NCBI RefSeq assembly: GCF_000146505.1
Contig: NC_017448.1
Location: forward strand, 30,001-62,000
Direction of reading: 5' to 3'
Length of the DNA: 32,000 nucleotides
Source of the DNA: Fibrobacter succinogenes subsp. succinogenes S85
Lineage (GTDB): Bacteria; Fibrobacterota; Fibrobacteria; Fibrobacterales; Fibrobacteraceae
The notes beneath the pieces are model-generated. The model had not been told where the DNA came from, did not search any database, and saw only the letters and a list, made by a program, of their open reading frames with translations. A program made the translations under genes and the position numbers. Below, piece by piece: positions 1 through 8,511 of this stretch (position 1 is its first letter; the number at the start of each line of letters is the position of its first letter).

Positions 1-7
1 CGGTGAG

Positions 8-1234
8 TTATTTACAACACCTGAAACCGACACTCGGGTACTGGTTCTGCGGGTAGAAGCTGAATTTGCTTACGGAACAGCTACTTTCGTTGTTCGTGTT
101 CCATGCGCCACCTGCGACCAGGAACTTGTCCGGGTGCTGCTTGCTTGTAGAGGCTGTCCATTCCCATAGGTTTCCGTTCATGTCGTACATGCCATACCAG
201 CTGCGGCACTGAGCCTTGCGGCCACTTCTCTTGGCGGCCTTCGTGTTGGTGTTGCACTTGCTCTGCTTGTAACCATTACCGTAAGAGAACTTGAAACCGT
301 CCTTGCCACGGCATGCGGCTTGCCATTCTTCAATCGTGCAGAGGTGCTTGCCTTCGTTCTTGCAGATGCGTGCGGCTTCTTCTTGGCTAACCATGTCCTT
401 CGGCGTAGCGTCCGGCTGGTTCGGATATTCGTAAGCATCTACGCAGACAGTCTTTCCGCCAACCGGGACGGGGTAGGCGTTCTTGCCGCAAATGTTATCG
501 CTTGCCATGTCGTACTTGGCTTCTTCCCAAGCGGAGCGGTTACCGACGGAGTCGGTGGCGTAGAAGAACACGGAACCGGTCTTGTTGTATTCAATGCCCT
601 TGCTTGCGTCTTGCGGATTGAGCGTATCGCCGATGGAAACAAACGTCTTGCATTTGATTTCGTCGCACTTGACCTTGAGCTTGATCGGGTCGTAGTAGCG
701 GCCTGCAGGCGGCGTGATTTCGGCTGTGGGCGGGACCTTGTCCGAGTTGCGGAGGCTATCGGCGAAGCGAGCCTTGTTCAGGGAATCCTGGCGGTCTCTC
801 TCGATACGTGCGAGTGAGTCGTTAACGCGGGCGAGGCTATCCCTGCGGAACTTGCGATAGGCACGGATGCTGTCCTTGTTGACTGCCGGGACTTTGGGCA
901 AATTGGCGAGCGAATCTGCCGTGCGGATGGAGTCCGCGATGCGCAAACTGTCTGCGATTCTAGCTTCTTCGAGAGCCTTCAAGCTGTCGGCCTTGGCCTG
1001 TTCGGCGCGGAGGCTATCAAGAATCTGCTGCTGGCGGAGTGCGAGTTCCGAGAGTTTCTGTTCTTCAAGCGCTTGCTGCTTGACCTTGTTGAGCTGGCAC
1101 TGCACTACAAAAAGGCAGATGAGCAAAAGGAACATCAAAATCAAGATGACGAGATTGCGTTTCCCGTTTTTCTTCTTCTGGTTGCCCTGCGCATTTTGTG
1201 CGTTCTTCGTAGAATTCTTTTCGTTGTTTGCCAT
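8..1234 (-). CDS. Single-pass membrane protein with a DS[LI]R-rich coiled-coil spacer and a C-terminal FGE/SUMF1-type (formylglycine-generating-enzyme-like) domain
   Basis: Complete 408-aa ORF. The N-terminus is basic (KKKNGKRN) and is followed by the hydrophobic helix LVILILMFLLLICLFVV. About 11 DSL/DSI repeats follow. The C-terminus carries motifs typical of the FGE-sulfatase family (CVDAYEY, LCTIEEWQAAC, YDMNGNLWEWT, GGAW, GFRCC). The ATG at 1234 lies 3 nt after the cdaA stop, with AAGGTG 6 nt upstream. Confidence 0.75.
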   Translation of the reverse strand: MANNEKNSTKNAQNAQGNQKKKNGKRNLVILILMFLLLICLFVVQCQLNKVKQQALEEQKLSELALRQQQILDSLRAEQAKADSLKALEEARIADSLRIADSIRTADSLANLPKVPAVNKDSIRAYRKFRRDSLARVNDSLARIERDRQDSLNKARFADSLRNSDKVPPTAEITPPAGRYYDPIKLKVKCDEIKCKTFVSIGDTLNPQDASKGIEYNKTGSVFFYATDSVGNRSAWEEAKYDMASDNICGKNAYPVPVGGKTVCVDAYEYPNQPDATPKDMVSQEEAARICKNEGKHLCTIEEWQAACRGKDGFKFSYGNGYKQSKCNTNTKAAKRSGRKAQCRSWYGMYDMNGNLWEWTASTSKQHPDKFLVAGGAWNTNNESSCSVSKFSFYPQNQYPSVGFRCCK

Positions 1235-1237
1235 AAG

Positions 1238-2086
1238 TTACACCTTGTTTTCGACTGCTTCGTTTTCACCTTCGGCTTGATCTTCTTCAATCACTTCGTT
1301 GAAGAGGTCGTGCCAGTGGCGGAAAATTTCTGCTTTAAGTTCTTTCGGGGTGAGGCCGCGTCTCAGGTTGTTTCTGTAAGCGGTAGAAATTTTACCTGTT
1401 TCTTCGGAGACGATGATGATGAGGGCATCACTTTCGGCAGCGAGAGCTTTAGCGGCGCGGTGGCGCATACCGTAGCCTGCATCGCCTTCGGCGTTACCGG
1501 TCGGCATTGGCAAAATACAGCCTGCGGCGACAATCGACTTGCAGTTGAGAATCACAGCGCCGTCGTGCAAAGCGGAGTTCGGGAAGAACAAAGCGCGTAA
1601 AAGTCTGGAGCTGATTCGTGCGTCGAGGTATTCACCTGTATCTGCGTAATTCTTGAGGCCCACGCGCTTTTCAAGCACGATGAGCGCACCGGTTTTTGTC
1701 TTTGCCAAATCCTGAACGGCCGTGCAAATTTTCTGGGCGATGTCATCGAGACCGCTTGCGTGGAAGAGGATGTTTCTCAAGTCCACTTTACTCACGCTCT
1801 GACCGATTCGCGTAAGGGCGCTTCGAATTTCGGGCTGGAACAAAATCACGATGGCGATAATACCGAGCGTAGCGAGGTTACTGAGCATCCATACAAGCGT
1901 ATGGAGTTCCCACCACTGCGCAATGAGCCATGCGAGAATGAGCAAAAAGCCGCCGAAAATCATCTGTGCTGCACGCGTCCCGCGGAACAGCAAAAAGATG
2001 TAATACAGAATGACTGATATGAGGAGAACGTCCAGAATGTCAGCCATACGAACATCGATGATGCCGAATAACTTAAACAGCGTCAT
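1238..2086 (-). CDS. cdaA: Diadenylate cyclase CdaA (membrane-anchored DAC domain)
   Basis: 282 aa. The N-terminal TM region (DILDVLLISVILYYIFLLFRGTRAAQ) and the DAC-domain motifs (ALHDGAVIL, GMRHRAA, SEETGKIS) match CdaA/DacA. The start overlaps the folP 3' end by 14 nt. Confidence 0.9.
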   Translation of the reverse strand: MTLFKLFGIIDVRMADILDVLLISVILYYIFLLFRGTRAAQMIFGGFLLILAWLIAQWWELHTLVWMLSNLATLGIIAIVILFQPEIRSALTRIGQSVSKVDLRNILFHASGLDDIAQKICTAVQDLAKTKTGALIVLEKRVGLKNYADTGEYLDARISSRLLRALFFPNSALHDGAVILNCKSIVAAGCILPMPTGNAEGDAGYGMRHRAAKALAAESDALIIIVSEETGKISTAYRNNLRRGLTPKELKAEIFRHWHDLFNEVIEEDQAEGENEAVENKV

Positions 2087-2987
2087 GGGACTTCAAAGCC
2101 TCCAAATATAAAAGTGATTCTTTTGCTTCGCGAACATCGTGAACGCGGATAACGCTTGCACCGCCAAGGGCAGCGATAATGTCTGCGGTCACGGTCGGGA
2201 TAAGTCTATCGCTTGTTTCAAGTCCAGGCATCTTTCCGATGTAGGACTTTCTCGACGTGCCGATCAAAACGGGGTAGCCGTCCTTGAGCATCACGTCCAC
2301 GGACTTCATCAAGTCTATGTTGTCTTGAACCGTTTTCCCAAAACCGATACCCGGATCAATGCAAATGCGTTCTTTTTCGACACCGGCGTCAAGGAGCTTC
2401 TTCACCTGAGCCAAGAGTTCTTCCTGAACTTCCTGCACCACGTTTGTGTACGGCTTGAAGTCCTGCTGCATCGTTCCGAAGTTCCCGCGCATGTGGTTCA
2501 GCACCACGCTTGCCTTTGTGCTTGCAACGGTCTCGATCATCTTCGGGTCCATCATGCAGGCGCTGATGTCGTTGATGATGTGCGCACCGAGCTTCATGCA
2601 TTCTTCGGCGACTTTAGCCTTGACCGTATCGACCGAGATGTAGAACTTGCGGAATCCCGGATTGTCTAGGTCTTCCGAAATGGTTGCTGTCTGTGCGAGT
2701 GCTTCTACGACGGGGCATACGCGGTCGAGTTCTTCTTGAAGGCTCACGGGAGCGCTTCCCGGACGGCTGCTTTCTCCGCCGATATCGAGAATCACAGCAC
2801 CTTGTTCCACCAACGAAATAGCGTGCTCGTAAGCGGCTTCGGGCGTGTTATGCTTGCCTCCATCAAAGAAACTGTCCGGGGTAACATTCACGATACCCAT
2901 GACAAGCGGCATCCTCGAAGCTGGAATGATGTCGTTTCCAATTTTCCAAGAGATTGCACGATTAGATTCTAATAGAGAGCGGAGCAT
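2073..2987 (-). CDS. folP: Dihydropteroate synthase
   Basis: 304 aa with pterin-binding motifs (VMGIVNVTPDSFFDGG, ILDIGGESSRPG, IINDIS, DPGIGFGK). Confidence 0.9.
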   Translation of the reverse strand: MLRSLLESNRAISWKIGNDIIPASRMPLVMGIVNVTPDSFFDGGKHNTPEAAYEHAISLVEQGAVILDIGGESSRPGSAPVSLQEELDRVCPVVEALAQTATISEDLDNPGFRKFYISVDTVKAKVAEECMKLGAHIINDISACMMDPKMIETVASTKASVVLNHMRGNFGTMQQDFKPYTNVVQEVQEELLAQVKKLLDAGVEKERICIDPGIGFGKTVQDNIDLMKSVDVMLKDGYPVLIGTSRKSYIGKMPGLETSDRLIPTVTADIIAALGGASVIRVHDVREAKESLLYLEALKSHDAV

Positions 2988-2996
2988 TGAGCGACC

Positions 2997-5087
2997 TTAT
3001 TCGTTTCCTTTCACAGAATTTGTAGCGGTTTCGTTGCCTGCTGCAGGGGCCGGCTGGACGTCGGCAATCGGAGCTACCGGCGGTTGGTCACCCGGGTCAG
3101 GCGGCGGAGTGTTTTCTTCTTCGCGCTTCTTTGCGAGTTCTTCCATGGCCTTGTACTGGCGGCTCTTCTTTGTACCGGTGAGCTTTTCGCCAGCCATGAC
3201 CTTGTCGATTTCTTCGCGGTCAAGCACTTCAAATTCAAACAGCGCTTCGGCGAGGTCGGTGAGCTTGTCCTTGTTTTCTTCAAGGAGTTCCCTTGCCTTG
3301 TTGTCCATGCGCTTGATCAAGTTGTTGATGGCGTTGTCGATTTTTTCCGCCATCATTTCGGACATTTCCTTCGGCTTACTGATTTCGCGTCCGAGGAACA
3401 CTTCGCCATCGGCGCGGCTGTAGCAGACCGGTCCGATTTCTTCGTCGAAGCCCCATTCCGTCACCATCTTGCGTGCAAGTTCTGTAGCGCGCTGGATGTC
3501 GTTACTTGCACCCGTGCTCTGGTGGTTGAAGAAAATGAGTTCGGCGAGACGGCCGGACATCATGATCATGATGCGTTCTTCGGCGTATTCGCGGCTGTAG
3601 CTCACCTGGTCGCGTTCGGGCAAACTCATGGTCACACCGAGAGCGCGTCCGCGAGGGATAATCGTAATTTTGTGGAGCGGGTCGGAGTGCTTGCAGAGAA
3701 GCGTCATGAGGGCATGGCCTGCTTCATGGTAAGCGGTGTGGCGCTTTTCTTCGTCGGTCATGAGGAGCGTGCGGCGTTCAGCACCCATGCTGAGCTTGTC
3801 GCGGGCTTCTTCAAAGTCGAGCATCGTTACTTTCTTGTTGTTGAACCTTGCGGCGAGGAGCGCTGCTTCGTTCACCAAGTTTTCGAGGTCTGCACCGGCA
3901 AGTCCCGGAGTTCCCTTAGCGACTGCCTTCACGTCGACATCATCGCCAAGAGGAACCTTGCGCTTCTTCAAGTGAACCTTCAAGATTTCTTCACGACCCT
4001 TGAGGTCGGGGAGACCCACCACAATCTGGCGGTCAAAGCGGCCCGGACGGAGGAGTGCCTTGTCGAGCACATCCGGACGGTTCGTGGCGGCAATCAAAAT
4101 CACGCCTTCGTTAGCGGTAAAGCCGTCCATTTCCACGAGCAACTGGTTCAAAGTCTGTTCACGTTCATCGTGACCGCCACCGAGACCTGCACCACGCTGA
4201 CGACCCACAGCATCGATTTCGTCGATGAACAAAATACACGGAGCGTTCTTCTTGCCGGTTTCAAACAAGTCACGCACGCGGGATGCACCCACGCCAACGA
4301 ACATTTCCACGAAGTCCGAACCCGACATGCTAAAGAACGGCACGCCTGCTTCGCCTGCAACTGCGCGGGCGAGGAGCGTCTTACCCGTACCCGGAGGGCC
4401 AACGAGCAAAGCACCCTTCGGGATGCGGCCACCGAGCTTGTCGTACTTCTTCGGGTCCTTCAAAAATTCAACGAGTTCCTGCAAGTCCTGCTTGGCTTCG
4501 TCGCAACCTGCAACGTCGTTGAACGTCGTCTTCTTCTGCGAGTTCAGCTGGCGCACCTGGCTCTTGCCGAACGAGAACGGGCTCTTACCGCCACCGCCCA
4601 TCTGACGGCTCATCATGATATAGAAGAACGCAATCAGCAAAATGGCTGGCAAGAATGCAACGAGAGTATCAATCCAGGTGGTCGATTCGTGAATGACCTT
4701 GACCTTCACGCCCTTGAAAGCTTCCCAAGTCGAAATCTGCTCGTTCGAAATATCGAGCATGTGGCTCTTGAAATGCTTGTTCTTCGTGTCGGTACTGTTG
4801 CGGGTGAACCTAGCAAGTGCGCTTTGGCTCTTTTTTGCCTCGGCGATTTCTTCCGGGGACATCTCGTAAGCGCCTTCGATAATCACGCCATCGGGAGTCT
4901 TCTGGAGCGTTAGTTCAGTAATGATCTTGGTTGAATCGCCCATCATGGCTAAAAATTCGGTGCGGGTAATATCCTTGCTGGAATCTTTCCCGGTCATGGG
5001 GAACATGACGAAAAGCATGAGGAGCATGATGAGAACAATGATAAAATTCTTGTTCTTAAACGGAGCTGGCTTCTTAGGTTGATTCAT
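2997..5087 (-). CDS. ftsH: ATP-dependent zinc metalloprotease FtsH
   Basis: Walker A GPPGTGKT, Walker [13 protein letters not shown] region [20 protein letters not shown], zinc site HEAGHA. The ORF is open to 5120. I prefer the ATG at 5087 (MNQPKK...), just ahead of the TM helix. Either start overlaps the tilS 3' end. Confidence 0.93.
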   Translation of the reverse strand: MNQPKKPAPFKNKNFIIVLIMLLMLFVMFPMTGKDSSKDITRTEFLAMMGDSTKIITELTLQKTPDGVIIEGAYEMSPEEIAEAKKSQSALARFTRNSTDTKNKHFKSHMLDISNEQISTWEAFKGVKVKVIHESTTWIDTLVAFLPAILLIAFFYIMMSRQMGGGGKSPFSFGKSQVRQLNSQKKTTFNDVAGCDEAKQDLQELVEFLKDPKKYDKLGGRIPKGALLVGPPGTGKTLLARAVAGEAGVPFFSMSGSDFVEMFVGVGASRVRDLFETGKKNAPCILFIDEIDAVGRQRGAGLGGGHDEREQTLNQLLVEMDGFTANEGVILIAATNRPDVLDKALLRPGRFDRQIVVGLPDLKGREEILKVHLKKRKVPLGDDVDVKAVAKGTPGLAGADLENLVNEAALLAARFNNKKVTMLDFEEARDKLSMGAERRTLLMTDEEKRHTAYHEAGHALMTLLCKHSDPLHKITIIPRGRALGVTMSLPERDQVSYSREYAEERIMIMMSGRLAELIFFNHQSTGASNDIQRATELARKMVTEWGFDEEIGPVCYSRADGEVFLGREISKPKEMSEMMAEKIDNAINNLIKRMDNKARELLEENKDKLTDLAEALFEFEVLDREEIDKVMAGEKLTGTKKSRQYKAMEELAKKREEENTPPPDPGDQPPVAPIADVQPAPAAGNETATNSVKGNE

Positions 5088-6255
5088 TATAATCCTTTTC
5101 TTTCTTCTCGCAAGATACAAATTTTGCGGCTGAAAGCGCGTCCTTGAACTCGCAAATCCAGACAGTATGCGCTATTTTGACGACGGAACGTCGGCGATAA
5201 ACCGCCCGAACCGGGATTTTCACGTGGGCAGGCTCCTTAGGACCGTAGAAAAAGCCAATCGGGAACCGAAAACCCTTTTCCGTGAGCCACAACCGGAACA
5301 TTTCGGACAGATCTGCATCCGCGTATTCGCGTAGAATTTTATTGAGTTTTTTCTTGTCTAATGAGACGAAAGACGAGAGACGAGAGACGAGAGACGCGTC
5401 ATCCTGAGGCGAAGCCGAAGTAAGCGGGAATCCCCTTGTGTCATCCTGAGCGAAGCCGAAGGATCTAGAGCACTTTGCCATCACTTTCGCGTACGCTCTG
5501 TCCGCAAGCCCCGCAATCTTGCAAAGCTGTTGGATTGCCCCCGGACATTCTCGTTCCAGATTCGGCAAAAACTCGTGCCTAATTTTGTTGCGTGCGAATT
5601 TTACATCCGCATTGCTTTCGTCCTCGCACCAGCTTAAACCATTCTCGCGAGCATAGGTGAGGAGTTCTTTGCGAGTGACGTTCAGGAACGGCCGGTAAAG
5701 AAAGACGAGAGACGAAAGACGAGAGACGAGAGACGTGTCATCCTGAATTATTCTTACTTCTTGAATCCCGCGGAGCCCGGCAAGCGTTGTCCCGCGCTTG
5801 AGACGCATATACATTGTCTCCGCCTGATCCCCTGCATGATGCGCAGTCACGATAGCTATCGTGACGCCCCCTTCTTCAATGTCATCCCGGACTCCGTTCC
5901 GGGATCGCCATTTTTTATTCAGAGCAATCTCGACTAGCGCTTTATATCTTGCGTCTCGTGCATTCTCTTCAAGCGAACCTTCTGCATTTTTCAGCGCTTC
6001 ACCATCTAGCTTCTTCAAGAAAAAAGGAACGTCATGCGACTTCGCAAATTCTTCTACAAATTTTGCGTCTCTGTCTGCCGTTCCTTCGCGTAGCCCGTGA
6101 TGCACATGCGCAATACCCAGCCATTCAATACCAAGCGCGGCGCTGTTCTCGATAAAATAATGCGCCAAGCAAATAGAATCCAAACCGCCCGAAACTGCAA
6201 GCAGCAGGCGCTTAAAACCATGATGGCGAATGTTTTCAACTAAATTGAGCGACAA
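5074..6255 (-). CDS. tilS: tRNA(Ile)-lysidine synthetase TilS (short form) carrying three in-frame repeat-derived insertions
   Basis: PP-loop SGGLDS near the N-terminus, [28 protein letters not shown] start at 6255. Repeat DNA is translated as [35 protein letters not shown] and SFGFAQDDT...[14 protein letters not shown]. Confidence 0.85.
   Translation of the reverse strand: MSLNLVENIRHHGFKRLLLAVSGGLDSICLAHYFIENSAALGIEWLGIAHVHHGLREGTADRDAKFVEEFAKSHDVPFFLKKLDGEALKNAEGSLEENARDARYKALVEIALNKKWRSRNGVRDDIEEGGVTIAIVTAHHAGDQAETMYMRLKRGTTLAGLRGIQEVRIIQDDTSLVSRLSSLVFLYRPFLNVTRKELLTYARENGLSWCEDESNADVKFARNKIRHEFLPNLERECPGAIQQLCKIAGLADRAYAKVMAKCSRSFGFAQDDTRGFPLTSASPQDDASLVSRLSSFVSLDKKKLNKILREYADADLSEMFRLWLTEKGFRFPIGFFYGPKEPAHVKIPVRAVYRRRSVVKIAHTVWICEFKDALSAAKFVSCEKKEKDYNEST
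5362..5465 (+). repeat. Composite short repeat: 5 heptads ([TA][GA]AGACG) followed by two GTCATCCTGAG(G)CGAAGCCGAAG units
   Basis: Read directly. The heptad array tgagacg aaagacg agagacg x3 spans 5362-5396. The gtcatcctgag units span 5398-5420 and 5440-5465. All of this lies inside the tilS coding sequence. Confidence 0.85.
5701..5747 (+). repeat. Second copy of the 5-heptad array (aaagacg/agagacg) plus TGTCATCCTGA
   Basis: 5701-5735 is exactly 5 heptads. It is followed by tgtcatcctgaa, the same junction as at 5396-5407. The element lies inside tilS. Confidence 0.85.
5881..5907 (+). repeat. GTCATCC-N14-GGATC palindromic unit (8-bp inverted repeat atcccgga/tccgggat)
   Basis: The sequence gtcatcccggactccgttccgggatcg shares its GTCATCC...GGATC ends with the unit at 5440-5465. 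It lies inside tilS. Confidence 0.75.
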
Positions 6256-6279
6256 CCCGATAGACCTTCTAATAAAGAC

Positions 6280-6314
6280 AAAAGAGAACTGTCTTTTGAA
6301 ACAGTTCTCCTTTT
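6280..6314 (-). terminator. Intrinsic terminator downstream of the 6364-7380 lipoprotein gene
   Basis: A 9-bp stem (gagaactgt/acagttctc, 6284-6292 with 6301-6309) is followed on the minus strand by TTTTGTCTTT. Confidence 0.65.
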
Positions 6315-6363
6315 AAATTAGAATTTTACGATTATTCTGTTTTTACACTCTAAACTATTTCCC

Positions 6364-7380
6364 TTAATTCTTGGCGTACTGGCTCAGCAATTGTTTTGTT
6401 TCTTCTGTAGGAAGTCCTTTTGTGCATTCGTAGAATTCGTTATTGTTGTCAATTTTGAAACCTTCTACAGGACCTTCTTCATAGTAGAATTGCTCTTCGC
6501 TTTTATCGCGGTCGCTCAGCAAAAATTCTGCACTTTCTTCTTTGCACAATTTCTCGTTGATGAATCCCAATCTTTGTGTGTTTGTGCAAGTCTTTCCATT
6601 GCTAGACATTGTTGTAATGTAGTTCATTCCTGATGCATCAAATTTAGGTGCAGAGACAACTTCAAAGAGTTGGTTGCCGATAGAGAATGATTGCTTTAAT
6701 AATTCTTTGGGTTCCTTTGTTATCGTTTTTTCAACAAGCAGTTGCTTGATGATAGCGTCGCCAATATCATAACCAAAATTGCGATCCAAAATGGCTCCGA
6801 TGTTGATATCATTTTGTTCTAAATTTTCCGTATCAACGGTCGTTGTGATATAAACGGAGTCTTTGGTAATCTTCATGGTTCTTGCGATTCCGCTCATACC
6901 ACCAATGAATTTTGAACACTTGATATCAGTTTCTCCGAGTTGTCTTTTGCAACCGGTGACTTTCCACGTTCCGTAAATATCATTGTGGTCATTGCTCAGC
7001 GACAACGTTTCATAGTTACGGTATAAGTCAAGAAACTCTTGTTCGTCCGGATTGTCTGAAACCTGCTTTTCGGCTGGCCCCATCCAAAGTGAATCACCGA
7101 CAATCTTGTAAGAACCCGGATCCAATGATTCTGGATATTCTTCCCAAGCAAACGTTTTTGTATCGGGGTGGTAATTGCAAACGTATGTTCCTTGGTAAAC
7201 ACGTCCCGTTGTTTCATCGTACTTAATCGGGATGACATAAGTGTATCCTTCACCGAAATCAACATTTGTTTGAGCTGATGGATTTGTATTTTGTGTATTG
7301 TTGAGACCCGATGTCGGATTGTCATCGCTACAAGCAACGAACATGAACATGCCAAATAAAACTGCGTAAGCCTTTTTCAT
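6364..7380 (-). CDS. Hypothetical lipoprotein
   Basis: 338-aa ORF. Signal peptide plus lipobox MKKAYAVLFGMFMFVAC|SDD. I recognise no conserved domain. The segment is AT-rich. Confidence 0.7.
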   Translation of the reverse strand: MKKAYAVLFGMFMFVACSDDNPTSGLNNTQNTNPSAQTNVDFGEGYTYVIPIKYDETTGRVYQGTYVCNYHPDTKTFAWEEYPESLDPGSYKIVGDSLWMGPAEKQVSDNPDEQEFLDLYRNYETLSLSNDHNDIYGTWKVTGCKRQLGETDIKCSKFIGGMSGIARTMKITKDSVYITTTVDTENLEQNDINIGAILDRNFGYDIGDAIIKQLLVEKTITKEPKELLKQSFSIGNQLFEVVSAPKFDASGMNYITTMSSNGKTCTNTQRLGFINEKLCKEESAEFLLSDRDKSEEQFYYEEGPVEGFKIDNNNEFYECTKGLPTEETKQLLSQYAKN

Positions 7381-7439
7381 ATTAGAACCCTTCTTTATTT
7401 AACGATAATATATTAAATTTGTCTATTAAGGAGGCTGTC

Positions 7440-7730
7440 ATGGCTAAAAATAAAGATAAAGTGTTCTGCAAGGTTGCTGAAACCGCCAAAGAAAGCGATA
7501 TGATGCGCATGCGACGCATAGACGGCTCTCAAAATGGAGCCACGTTACGGACAAGAGTTATCCGAGACAAGACAAAGTACAACAGAAATTTGAAGCACAA
7601 GAAGTCCCTCGCAGACGCGGGGGATTTCCCTTTTTTATGGGGCGCTTACCCCTTCCATTCGTCTGTTAAGGCGCAGAAGAAATCAGTACTCCATAAGGCT
7701 AGCTTTGAGGAGTCGGCGATAAATGGTTGA
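7440..7730 (+). CDS. Small basic protein; candidate ArfA/BrfA-like factor expressed from a terminator-truncated (non-stop) mRNA
   Basis: A consensus SD AAGGAGG (7428-7434) sits 5 nt before the ATG at 7440. The product is lysine/arginine-rich (LRTRVIRDKTKYNRNLKHKKS). The nominal ORF runs to 7730 and overlaps the convergent abiEii 3' end, but a hairpin plus T-tract lies inside it at 7602-7637. Confidence 0.5.
   Translation: MAKNKDKVFCKVAETAKESDMMRMRRIDGSQNGATLRTRVIRDKTKYNRNLKHKKSLADAGDFPFLWGAYPFHSSVKAQKKSVLHKASFEESAING
7602..7637 (+). terminator. Intrinsic terminator-like hairpin plus T-tract located inside the 7440-7730 ORF
   Basis: The stem tccctcgc/gcggggga (7605-7612 with 7617-7624, one G-U pair) has the loop agac. 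It can be extended by aag/ttt and is followed by CCCTTTTTT. The U-tract is on the plus strand only. Confidence 0.55.
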
Positions 7731-8509
7731 ACATCTCGCTTAGCTTCGTTGAAATCGACTGCGTGGAATCGTTCTTTTAATAGTATTTTCAATTTAGCAG
7801 TTGTTAAGATTTCTGTAGAATTCCAGTGTCCAGTCTGTTCCATGCGCCTTTGCAAGTGTGGTAGATTGACGCTAGTATTCTGAGAAACATACCATACGAA
7901 ATCATAGAAATCGCGTCCTTTGACCCGGTTCTTCCAACCGCGACAAAGCAAAGCGTGGAGTTTCCCTGCAAAAAGTGAAGGCTTGTCGTAGAGCTTAACA
8001 GCAAAAGGTGAGGGCAAAAGTCGATACTTGTTTTCAAATGTCGCCAATTCAGGCGGATTTGTGTCCACCTCAAATTTGATTTTCAAGATTTCATTGCTTG
8101 GTATGGGCAATGGTGAATGCTTGGTTGGCATGATTTTCAGCAGGTGCTTTAGCGTGTTTCCCTTTAAGAATGCAGATTGTACTTGCGAATCGAGTGATTT
8201 AATCTTGCTTTCGACGATCATTTCCAAGCCGACTGCTTGGAGTTCTTGCTCAAGGATATCAAAATAATGTGGCAGTTCAAATTTTTCATCAACTTGGATT
8301 AACGAAAAATCCATATCTTCCGAGAAACGGTCTAGTCCATAGAAAATTCGGAGGGCTGTTCCTCCATAAAATGCGGCTTTTTCAAAAAAGCCGCCTCGCG
8401 AGAGTCCGCATAGAGCGACTTCCTGTGCAATTTCCTTGAGTGCGTTGCGGTAGTCAGATATGTTTTTGCAGTTGTATTTTGTGAGCATTGATTCTATTAC
8501 ACTTGCCAT
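7646..8509 (-). CDS. abiEii: Type IV toxin-antitoxin system toxin, AbiEii/AbiGii nucleotidyltransferase family (DUF1814)
   Basis: 287 aa. The N-terminal signature EIAQEVALCGLSRGGFFEKAAFYGGTALRIFYGLDRFSEDMDFSL is typical of the family. The start lies 2 nt after the abiEi stop, preceded by the SD GAGGT. Confidence 0.85.
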   Translation of the reverse strand: MASVIESMLTKYNCKNISDYRNALKEIAQEVALCGLSRGGFFEKAAFYGGTALRIFYGLDRFSEDMDFSLIQVDEKFELPHYFDILEQELQAVGLEMIVESKIKSLDSQVQSAFLKGNTLKHLLKIMPTKHSPLPIPSNEILKIKFEVDTNPPELATFENKYRLLPSPFAVKLYDKPSLFAGKLHALLCRGWKNRVKGRDFYDFVWYVSQNTSVNLPHLQRRMEQTGHWNSTEILTTAKLKILLKERFHAVDFNEAKRDVQPFIADSSKLALWSTDFFCALTDEWKG

Positions 8510-8511
8510 GT

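Noticed and set aside
3084-4913. 609-aa plus-strand ORF antisense to ftsH. Similar long antisense ORFs: 9995-11251 opposite metK, 23293-24717 opposite aas, 26837-27928, 11373-12140, 17198-18106 and 18308-18961.
   Set aside because: Each lies fully inside a gene with unmistakable conserved motifs on the other strand. Their translations are low-complexity (Arg/Ala/Val/His-rich) with no motifs or start context. They are typical shadow ORFs of codon-biased genes.
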